Shown one piece after another: positions 25,128 to 32,000 of a stretch of DNA of 32,000 bases. Source of the DNA: an uncultured archaeon (GTDB taxonomy: Archaea; Iainarchaeota; Iainarchaeia; Iainarchaeales; CSSED10-239); contig CAZPGO010000019.1 in the NCBI GenBank assembly GCA_964586355.1, forward strand, positions 5,345 through 37,344, in the 5' to 3' direction. The stretch's first letter is position 1; each line of letters opens with the position of its first letter. Position numbers and translations under genes: made by a program. The notes under the pieces were generated by a model that saw only the letters and a program-made list of their open reading frames with translations, did no database searches and was not told the DNA's origin.

Positions 25128-26588
25128 TTAATTTTTTTCCACATTAAAAGCATTTTCTATTTCTTTTGGTTTTTTTGAGAAAAAGTCTATTGCTTCTTTT
25201 AGTTCTATATGCTCTTTTGCATATTCCTCAATTGAGATGCCCTTTTTATAAGCCTCACATGCCAAAACTAAAGCCCTTGACCCTGACCGTGTTCCTTTTG
25301 GATGAGCATGACACCCTGCACCCATAGTGGTTATAAAATCTATTGACCCCATAACATCTATAAACGGTTTTAGTAATGTAGGGTTAAGACCACCAGACAC
25401 TATTGGTGCACACTTTTTTACTCCTCTCCAAGAGTCGTCTTTTAGGATAATGTGGCCAATTCTGTCTTCTTGAACCATTTTTAAAGCATCTTTGTCATCT
25501 TCAGGTATTTTTGACCAAGATTGATCAAAGAAATGTCCTGTTGCTGAAAAATCTAAAATACCGTCTGCTGCGGTTATATCTTCTTTAGGTGTTCCTTCCA
25601 TTTTACCAACACCAGCAGTTCCTGTATGTATTCCGGATGCTCCCGCTAATCTTGCAAATTTAGATAAAACTAGAACAGAGAAACCAAATGCATTTTCTGG
25701 TCTTGTAAATGCTCCATGTGCTGCTCTATGGAAGTGTATAAATACATTTGGATATTTTCTTCTTAAGGTTTGAACAGCCATCCACCCAGCAGTAATTCCA
25801 TCAATTAAGAACGCATAAGATCCCTCTTCAAAGCCAGCATTTCTGATCATCTCACATCTATTGATCATGGTCTCAAAATCAGAAGCAGAAACATTAAATG
25901 AATGAACTTTTTTTTGTCCTGTTTCTTTTACTGCTTTATCCATAGCTTCTTTTACATGTTTAACCATCTTTTCATAAGGGCAAAAATCTTGATCTGCTTG
26001 TGGCTCATCATTCTTAACGAAATCGCCTCCACCAACCCAAAAATCATAGCACACTTCTGCATATTCTGCACTTGTTAGTCCCATTTTTGGTTTTACTATT
26101 GTTCCTAATATTGGTCTATCATAAACTTGTAAATAATTTCTCATATCGTCAAGAGTGTAACTAGGTCCATCAAATTGTTCTAACATTGCTGGAGAGAACC
26201 AAACATCTAATAGTTTTAGAGCTGATACTTCTTTCATGCCTAGCACATTTCCAACAACATAGGTTAAAATGTTTTGAACATTTCCAATCCTGTCAAACAA
26301 TCTCCATGGAAAAGCTATCCAGACAAGATTTTTTTCTTGATCTAGTTTGTATACTAAAGCATTCATTTCTCTGGAAAATGCTGTTTCAGTATTTACCTTA
26401 AAATTAGTTCCTGTTGATGATTCTGCTGCAACCTCTGCTGCTGCTTGTAAGATGTTTAATGATCCTCCTGGAACTAAATGGAATATTCCTAACATATATT
26501 CTCCATTTTTTTCATTTGGGATCTCAAAATTTACATAAGCTTTTTGTTTATCATTTAGTGTTTCGTATAATTCTTTTTCTGTTAACAT
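25128..26588 (-). CDS. rbcL: Ribulose-1,5-bisphosphate carboxylase/oxygenase large subunit, form II/III-like
   Basis: TIVKPKMGL, GGGDFVKNDEPQ (form II-type context), HFHRAAHGA, GIHTGTAGVGKMEG, PIVSGGLNP and MGAGCHAHP are all present. 486 aa, with an extra segment between QSW and the SGG loop. Confidence 0.93.
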   Translation of the reverse strand: MLTEKELYETLNDKQKAYVNFEIPNEKNGEYMLGIFHLVPGGSLNILQAAAEVAAESSTGTNFKVNTETAFSREMNALVYKLDQEKNLVWIAFPWRLFDRIGNVQNILTYVVGNVLGMKEVSALKLLDVWFSPAMLEQFDGPSYTLDDMRNYLQVYDRPILGTIVKPKMGLTSAEYAEVCYDFWVGGGDFVKNDEPQADQDFCPYEKMVKHVKEAMDKAVKETGQKKVHSFNVSASDFETMINRCEMIRNAGFEEGSYAFLIDGITAGWMAVQTLRRKYPNVFIHFHRAAHGAFTRPENAFGFSVLVLSKFARLAGASGIHTGTAGVGKMEGTPKEDITAADGILDFSATGHFFDQSWSKIPEDDKDALKMVQEDRIGHIILKDDSWRGVKKCAPIVSGGLNPTLLKPFIDVMGSIDFITTMGAGCHAHPKGTRSGSRALVLACEAYKKGISIEEYAKEHIELKEAIDFFSKKPKEIENAFNVEKN

Positions 26589-26723
26589 TTCTTTTCCTCC
26601 ATAAAATAATATAGATAAGAAGTAAGAAGTCTTTATATATTTTTGTTTTTTTTCTAAAAATGTAGATTAGATATTTAAATATTTCTATCTTATATTATTA
26701 ATAGTAAAAAAATTACTAATTTT

Positions 26724-26742
26724 ATTGTTGTTTAACAACAAT
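26724..26742. promoter_or_regulatory. Perfect 9-bp inverted repeat ATTGTTGTT-t-AACAACAAT in the divergent rbcL / Cys-rich-gene intergenic region
   Basis: Read directly. All 9 arm positions pair. It lies 136 nt upstream of the rbcL start (minus strand) and 53 nt upstream of ATG 26795. Confidence 0.25.
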
Positions 26743-26794
26743 TAAAATATTTGCCTTTTAAAAAAATCTAAAAAAATGGAGTGTGTTTATAGGT

Positions 26795-27109
26795 ATGAAT
26801 AAAAAAGCTTTATTGATAATTATTGGTATAACCCTACTATTAAGTACTTTTGTGCTATTCTCAAAAGTTAGTGCTAAAGAGGAAGCTGTTTTTAAGGAGC
26901 TAAGAGTATTAAGATCTTCTTTAGTAAGTAGTAATCTTAATCAAACCCCAAGTTATTTTGATAAAGTAAGATGTACTTGTAATGGTGAATCTTGTGGAAG
27001 TTCTTTTGATAGTAATCCTAACGTACAAGCTGGCAACTTAATAGTTTATTGTGCACAATTGTGTTCTTGTAGATCTCATGTTGGGTTTACTTATGAAACA
27101 GAGGAGTAA
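26795..27109 (+). CDS. Small secreted Cys-rich protein
   Basis: MNKKALLIIIGITLLLSTFVLFSKVSA/KEE is a signal-peptide-like N-terminus. The ~75-aa mature part has 7 Cys (CTCNGESC...YCAQLCSC). I prefer ATG 26795 over GTG 26783. Confidence 0.5.
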   Translation: MNKKALLIIIGITLLLSTFVLFSKVSAKEEAVFKELRVLRSSLVSSNLNQTPSYFDKVRCTCNGESCGSSFDSNPNVQAGNLIVYCAQLCSCRSHVGFTYETEE

Positions 27110-27145
27110 GATATATTTATATATTCTTTTATTAACTATTTTTTT

Positions 27146-28591
27146 ATGTTTTTAAAAAAATATTCTTTTTTAATCTTAATATTTTTATTTATTTTACACT
27201 CTGTATCAGCAGATTCTGTACTTTTTAATGTTTCTAATTCCACAGAAGCTTCTTTTTTAAATTATCAAACAAAAATAGACCTTAACAGTTCTTTACCTGC
27301 TGATTTTAATTGGGATAATTTAGGTAAAGATCTTTATTTTCAATATAACGATGGTAATAATATTCCTTTTTGGATAGAATCTTGGAATAATTCTGAGCAA
27401 GAAGCAGAAATTTGGTTAAAGATCTCTATTAACCCAGAATCAGAAATAATAGTTAAGATGTTTTATGATGGTGAGTCAGATCTTTCTTTAAGTAATGGTG
27501 ATGCTGTTTTTATTTTTTTTGATGATTTTGAGGAAAATAAAATTATTAATTATTCTCCTACTGGGTTAATAAATGCAGATCAAAATTTAAATATTCCTAC
27601 TTATGATGGAAGTGGTCAAAATGTTCATCCCTCTTTAGTATATTTTGAAGAACCTTTTAATAGTTGGAAATATTGGATGGCAATTACTCCATATGCAGAT
27701 AGTAATGAGGATCTAGAAAACCCTTCAATTGTTGTTTCTAATGATGGAAATACTTGGCAAATACCAGAAGGTCTAACAAACCCTATTATTCCATATCCTG
27801 GTGGTCAAGAGTTTAATTCTGATCCAACTTTATTTTATGATGGAAACAAATTTGTTTTATATTATAGAGAAGGATGTAATATTACAGTTAATGGAGATAA
27901 AATAAAATATGTTTATTCTTATGATGGTATAGAATGGTTACCAAAAGACGACACTGAAATTAATCCTATATTGGTTTTAGAAAAGGCTCAAAATCAATTA
28001 ATTGCACCAACGATTATATTTAAAGATGATATTTATTATATGTGGGTTGTGGAAGTTGATACAGATAATCCCCCATCAAGATTAGTAAGATATAGTTCTG
28101 ATGATGGGATTAATTGGGAAGATGTTGCTCATCCAAAAATAAATACTAATATTTCTGGCTTTGTTGATAATAATTTGCATATTTGGCATCCAGAAATAAA
28201 ATATATTCCTGAATTTCAAGAATATTGGATGATAACATCAGCATACCCTTATGACTATGGTGTTGGAACATCTTCTGATACTTATTTTGCAAGAAGTGTT
28301 GATGGTATTAACTGGACTGTCTATACTGATTACAAATTACTTGCAAAAAAGTTAGGTTCTTGGGATAGTAGAGGAATATATAAATCAACATTTTTATTTG
28401 ATGAAACAACAAACAAAATCAGAGTTTGGTATTCTGCAACAAAAACAGGATTTCCTATTTTGTGGAATACTGGTTATACTGAAGAAGATTATAATTTAGT
28501 TTTAAAAAGATTAGATAGTAATTTAGTAAAATGGCATTTTTCAATCAAGGTGCACAAGGTGCAACAGCTAATATTTCTTCAGGGGTTATAG
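27146..28591 (+). CDS. Secreted protein: DUF2341-like domain followed by a beta-propeller glycoside-hydrolase-like domain. Probably the N-terminal part of a frameshifted larger gene.
   Basis: Signal peptide MFLKKYSFLILIFLFILHSVSA. IPFWIESWNNSEQEAEIWLKISI is typical of DUF2341. NVHPSLVYFEEPFNSWKYWMAITPYADSNEDLENPSIVVSNDGNTW and repeated W/DG motifs resemble five-bladed propeller GH-like proteins. The last ~17 aa look like out-of-frame read-through. Confidence 0.65.
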   Translation: MFLKKYSFLILIFLFILHSVSADSVLFNVSNSTEASFLNYQTKIDLNSSLPADFNWDNLGKDLYFQYNDGNNIPFWIESWNNSEQEAEIWLKISINPESEIIVKMFYDGESDLSLSNGDAVFIFFDDFEENKIINYSPTGLINADQNLNIPTYDGSGQNVHPSLVYFEEPFNSWKYWMAITPYADSNEDLENPSIVVSNDGNTWQIPEGLTNPIIPYPGGQEFNSDPTLFYDGNKFVLYYREGCNITVNGDKIKYVYSYDGIEWLPKDDTEINPILVLEKAQNQLIAPTIIFKDDIYYMWVVEVDTDNPPSRLVRYSSDDGINWEDVAHPKINTNISGFVDNNLHIWHPEIKYIPEFQEYWMITSAYPYDYGVGTSSDTYFARSVDGINWTVYTDYKLLAKKLGSWDSRGIYKSTFLFDETTNKIRVWYSATKTGFPILWNTGYTEEDYNLVLKRLDSNLVKWHFSIKVHKVQQLIFLQGL

Positions 28592-31029
28592 AGCTCCAAG
28601 CAAATCCAGATTCTGATTCTAGTTCAAATATCAGAAGTTCTAAAAACATAATAACAAACAATATAATTGTTGAAGTAAAACAGAAAATAACAGATGATTT
28701 TTATGTTAATACCTCAATAGGTGATCTTTCAACTAATGGGGATTTGTGTTATAGTGCTACTAATCCTGACAATTATTGGAATACCTTTCTTTGTTATGGG
28801 TATCTTTTTGGAGGGTGGAGTTCAAAATTTAATTTATATCGTATGATTGGAAATGGAGAGAAAATTCCATTAAATAATCCTCCATCTGTTTCTCAACAAA
28901 CACACATTTTTTCAAAAACAAAATATGTTTATACAGCTAATGGGATTACAAAATGGTATTTAAATAATGAATTAAAAACAACGGGGTCTGCTGATATAGA
29001 ATATTTAAATACAAACAAATATTTGTTATTATCTCAAGGAGGGCATAATACTGGAGCAGGAGGAACAAGAACAATTGATTATGTTTTTGTTAGAGAATTT
29101 TCTGATGTTGACTTAAATATTGTTAATTTAGACGAACAAATTTCTTCAAATGTTATTTTTAACATTTTAAATTATGATCACAATTGGATTAATCAAGATA
29201 TTAGTTTAAATTTTGTTGTTGATAATAATAGTAGTTTAGATTATAATTTATTTTATAGAATAGATCTTTCTAATTGGCAACCATTTGTATTTGAAAATGA
29301 ATTATTATTTAATAGTGATGGAAATTATCAAATTGATTTTTATGCAAGAGATAATAGCTTAGATTTTAATGAATCAATTAATACTGTTTTTGTAGCAATT
29401 GATAAAACAGAGCCCATAATTACTGAAATAGATAACAACGGTGTTTGGTTTACAGAAGACTTTAATATTTCTTTTGATGTTAATTTTGATATTTCTGGCA
29501 AGTCTGAAGCAAAATATAAATTGAATGACTCTGAGTCTTGGGTCGATTTTACAGATGGCTATGATATTTTAATTGATGTTGATGGCAACAACACTATTGA
29601 TTACTATTTTAGAGACTTTGCAGGAAATGATACCAACGGAACTGTTTATGGTTTATTGGATAAGAGCTCTCCAGTAATCCACTCTATAGACAATAACAAC
29701 ATTTGGTTTACAGAAGATTTTAATATTTCTTTTGATGTTAATTTTGATATTTCAGGTAAGTCTGAAGCAAAATATAAATTGAATGACTCTGAGTCTTGGG
29801 TCGATTTTACAGATGGCTATGATATTTTAATTGATGTTGATGGCAACAACATTATTGATTACTATTTTAGAGACTTTGCAGGAAATGATGCCAACGGAAC
29901 TGTTTATGGTTTATTGGATAGTATTACTCCAGTAATAATTGATCAAAATTGGACTTCTCCAGTAAATAATTATTCTTTTTCTACAACTACTTTAACTTTA
30001 TCTGGGAGATTTACAACAAGTGATGTTAATAAAGAAGACCTCTCTCTAATTTCTAATGTTTTGTTTTCTATAAACAATAATGACTGGATAGAAACTAATC
30101 TAGATTATTATTCAGAAACAAATCTTTATTCTTGGACTTATACTTATACACACAATTTTAGTCAAACTACTGATTTTAATGTTTATCTTAAATATCAAGA
30201 TCTTGCTGGAAATGATTCAAATGTTCTTACTAGAGCTATAACCTATACAAAATCCAACAACCCCCCTTCCGGTGGTGGAAGATCTGGAGGCTCTAGTTTT
30301 ATTTATGTGCCATCTGGATCTGATTCAACAGATGACCATGAATCAGAAAGCAATCTTTTAACAATTACAAATAAAGAATCTGATTCTAATTTAGTAAATA
30401 ATTCTGTTAATGTTTCTTTTGTTTTAGATAATGTGGTTAATTCACAAAAAAAGAATTTAGATGATGTTATTTCTAAAAAAAATATTTCTAAAGAAATAAA
30501 AATAGATAGAATCATAAAAACAGATAACATTCCTGTATTTTCTTTAGAAATTAGAAATGATTCTCCACAATCTTATAAAGATCTATCTATTATAGAAGTT
30601 ATTCCTAAAGAAATAATTGATCATATTGATAATTTAGTATTTTCCATAGAACCAACAAATATTATCAATCCAGATCCAATAGTTGAATGGAAGATAAATG
30701 AACTAGAAAGCGGAGGTTTTTTTAAGATAAACTATGCTTTAAAAGAAGATAAAAATATTGATTATTCTGTATTCTCAAAATGGCAGTTGCCTTTGATATT
30801 TGCAGAAGATTTTTTAGATGTGGATTCTAATTATCAAGATATAGAGCCAGTAGTTGAAGTTTTGAAAAAAGAAGTTGTTTTAGATGATCCAAATAAAAAA
30901 ATAACTCCTATTTATGATATTAAAGAAAAAAATATTTTGTCTTGGTTAGGTATTTTTTCTATAATAATATTACTATTTTTTATTATTTTTAATAATAGAC
31001 CTAAAAACAAAAAAAGTTCAAGAAAATGA
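28531..31029 (+). CDS. Surface protein: LamG/ConA-like jelly-roll, four Ig-like domains with D-x-AGND motifs, a Gly/Ser linker and a C-terminal TM anchor. It lacks its own signal peptide.
   Basis: GATANISSGVIELQA...TIDYVFVREF is typical of the LamG domain that follows DUF2341. Repeated ...YYFRDFAGND / YARDNS / YQDLAGND modules. Linker PPSGGGRSGGSS. C-terminus ILSWLGIFSIIILLFFIIFNNRPKNKKSSRK. Confidence 0.65.
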   Translation: MAFFNQGAQGATANISSGVIELQANPDSDSSSNIRSSKNIITNNIIVEVKQKITDDFYVNTSIGDLSTNGDLCYSATNPDNYWNTFLCYGYLFGGWSSKFNLYRMIGNGEKIPLNNPPSVSQQTHIFSKTKYVYTANGITKWYLNNELKTTGSADIEYLNTNKYLLLSQGGHNTGAGGTRTIDYVFVREFSDVDLNIVNLDEQISSNVIFNILNYDHNWINQDISLNFVVDNNSSLDYNLFYRIDLSNWQPFVFENELLFNSDGNYQIDFYARDNSLDFNESINTVFVAIDKTEPIITEIDNNGVWFTEDFNISFDVNFDISGKSEAKYKLNDSESWVDFTDGYDILIDVDGNNTIDYYFRDFAGNDTNGTVYGLLDKSSPVIHSIDNNNIWFTEDFNISFDVNFDISGKSEAKYKLNDSESWVDFTDGYDILIDVDGNNIIDYYFRDFAGNDANGTVYGLLDSITPVIIDQNWTSPVNNYSFSTTTLTLSGRFTTSDVNKEDLSLISNVLFSINNNDWIETNLDYYSETNLYSWTYTYTHNFSQTTDFNVYLKYQDLAGNDSNVLTRAITYTKSNNPPSGGGRSGGSSFIYVPSGSDSTDDHESESNLLTITNKESDSNLVNNSVNVSFVLDNVVNSQKKNLDDVISKKNISKEIKIDRIIKTDNIPVFSLEIRNDSPQSYKDLSIIEVIPKEIIDHIDNLVFSIEPTNIINPDPIVEWKINELESGGFFKINYALKEDKNIDYSVFSKWQLPLIFAEDFLDVDSNYQDIEPVVEVLKKEVVLDDPNKKITPIYDIKEKNILSWLGIFSIIILLFFIIFNNRPKNKKSSRK
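29428..29943 (+). repeat. Tandem duplication of a 258-nt (86-aa) Ig-like module. The core copies at 29446-29662 and 29704-29920 are nearly identical.
   Basis: Direct comparison shows about five substitutions across the ~217-nt core (gac/gat, tctggc/tcaggt, act/att, acc/gcc). The period is exactly 258 nt, in frame. Confidence 0.9.
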
Positions 31030-31098
31030 AGTAATCGTTTATTGCTTTTTTTCTTTTTTTTTAATATTATTTATAAATTTATTGATGATAATATATAT

Positions 31099-31605
31099 AT
31101 GAATGATTTATTAAAAATAAAATTTAGGTTTGTAGGTAATAAGCCAATTAAGAAAGCTGCATTATTAAATAGTACTCTTTGTATTTATTTAAATGAAGGC
31201 AAGTCTTTTTTGATTGCTAAAGAAAATAGATCTGTTTTTGAGTTTATGTTAAATTCAGGGAATAAAAAAGAGCAACAAAAATTTATAAAACTATTAAATA
31301 ATAATTCTTTTTATGAGTTTATTGGATCTGTTTCAAAAATAGAGATCTATTCTAAATTATTTGCTAATTTTAATAATTCAGAAAAATTTAAAGCTATAGA
31401 AAAGGTCTTTGTCCATTTTGAGAGGTGGTCTGCTGGTGATGTAAAACAAAAAAAAAAGATTTTAGCTTCTTTTTCTAAGGGTTTAAAAGAATCTATTTTA
31501 AGAAGATATGTGGAATCTTTAGAAATAAAGCATATAAAATCTAATCCAACTCCTAGATCTAAACCGATAAAACCTGTTGCGCCAATTAAACCAAAGATCA
31601 AATAA
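31099..31605 (+). CDS. Hypothetical protein with a Pro/Lys-rich C-terminus
   Basis: ORF from ATG 31099 (the upstream TTG 31042 would add a poly-Phe leader). C-terminus is NPTPRSKPIKPVAPIKPKIK. No family recognised. Confidence 0.4.
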   Translation: MNDLLKIKFRFVGNKPIKKAALLNSTLCIYLNEGKSFLIAKENRSVFEFMLNSGNKKEQQKFIKLLNNNSFYEFIGSVSKIEIYSKLFANFNNSEKFKAIEKVFVHFERWSAGDVKQKKKILASFSKGLKESILRRYVESLEIKHIKSNPTPRSKPIKPVAPIKPKIK

Positions 31606-31800
31606 TTTTTTTATTTTTTGATCTTGTTCTTTTTCATTATTTCTTGGACGATTTTTTTAGTTAAGTATTTAAAGTTAGTTTATTATTTAATAAACTATTT
31701 AAATAATAAATTATTTAAATAATCTTTTAATTAAACTACTCTATTTAAAAATATATAGTTCTTTCTTTTTAATAATCATTAAACGGAAAAAATAGGTGAT

Positions 31801-32000
31801 ATGATGGGAGTTATTACGATATCAATGGATGATAGGTCTGAAAAGCTTTTGCGAGATATGGCAAAAGCTAAGTATGGAAATAAAAAAGATGCAATAAGTA
31901 AAACAATTGTTGAGACTATTTCTGAAAAAGAAAATAAAAGATTAGAAGCAATTGAGCATTTAAAATATATGATGACCAATCCTTTAAAGTTTGGAAAAGG
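31801..32000 (+). CDS. Ribbon-helix-helix (CopG/antitoxin-like) protein. Partial, runs off the window.
   Basis: My own translation is MMGVITISMDDRSEKLLRDMAKAKYGNKKDAISKTIVETISEKENKRLEAIEHLKYMMTNPLKFGK, with no stop before nt 32000. The beta-strand (VITISMD) plus two short helices fit an RHH fold. GGTGA lies just upstream. It is not in the supplied ORF track, presumably because it is open-ended. Confidence 0.45.
   Translation, partial: MMGVITISMDDRSEKLLRDMAKAKYGNKKDAISKTIVETISEKENKRLEAIEHLKYMMTNPLKFGK

Noticed and set aside
26186-26614. Three short plus-strand ORFs (63-71 aa) overlapping rbcL
   Set aside because: Antisense to a RuBisCO gene with every catalytic motif intact. They are shadow ORFs.
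8601-31098. Upstream non-ATG starts given by the ORF track (GTG 8601, TTG 13294 minus strand, TTG 21297, GTG 26783, TTG 31042, ATG 19591)
   Set aside because: In each case a nearby downstream ATG gives better SD spacing and/or a canonical N-terminus: a signal peptide beginning MKK/MNKK, or the DtdA MNIVIICS start. The longer forms add implausible leaders.
30303-31979. Minus-strand ORFs 30303-30530, 31347-31601 and 31779-31979
   Set aside because: The first two are antisense to longer plus-strand ORFs. The third is antisense to the RHH-like plus-strand reading frame, which has an SD and a recognisable fold pattern, so I favour the plus strand.
1-32000. Search for tRNA, rRNA, CRISPR arrays, transposase or integrase genes, and for a bacterial (CPR) origin
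   Set aside because: No GC-rich structured-RNA-like islands, spaced repeat arrays or recognisable recombinase motifs were seen by eye. The split RpoA'/A'', L30e, aEF-2 diphthamide loop and DtdA make an archaeal origin clear. A covariance-model scan (tRNAscan/Infernal) is still needed to exclude small RNAs.

Overview
AT-rich (about 30% GC by eye), densely coding archaeal fragment. It most likely comes from a small-genome DPANN-type archaeon. Support: split RpoA'/A'', L30e, aEF-2 with the diphthamide-loop motif, archaeal DtdA, DUF1628-type pilin signal peptides, a form II/III-like RuBisCO, and GGTG/GGAGG Shine-Dalgarno motifs.

Layout:
(i) 1-10.8 kb holds the conserved information-processing cluster rpoB-rpoA1-rpoA2-rpl30e-rps12-rps7-[~1.9 kb insertion]-fusA. 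There is no nusA between rpl30e and rps12. The insertion carries an orphan ORF and a frameshifted Bro-N/DinD-like gene.
(ii) 11-13.3 kb holds a 74-aa protein made almost entirely of Lys/Val/Ala/Pro tandem repeats, a full-length but catalytically eroded Dxr-like protein, and dtdA.
(iii) 13.4-18.7 kb is a tightly packed co-directional block: hyp, glyA, hyp, tandem-domain thyX, a possible mini-kinase and a membrane protein.
(iv) 18.8-31 kb is dominated by secreted or membrane-anchored proteins: two tandem pilin-like paralogs, a 1266-aa membrane-tethered protein with SLT-like and NlpC/P60-like murein-hydrolase motifs, a small Cys-rich secreted protein, and a DUF2341/beta-propeller/LamG/Ig-repeat surface protein split by a 1-nt frameshift. 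A DHH phosphoesterase and RuBisCO are interleaved.
(v) A partial RHH gene lies at the right edge.

No rRNA, tRNA or CRISPR array was seen. The most interesting candidate is the surface-protein cluster in (iv), read as a host-attachment and cell-wall-breaching module. All family calls come from by-eye motif recognition and need HMM or structure confirmation.
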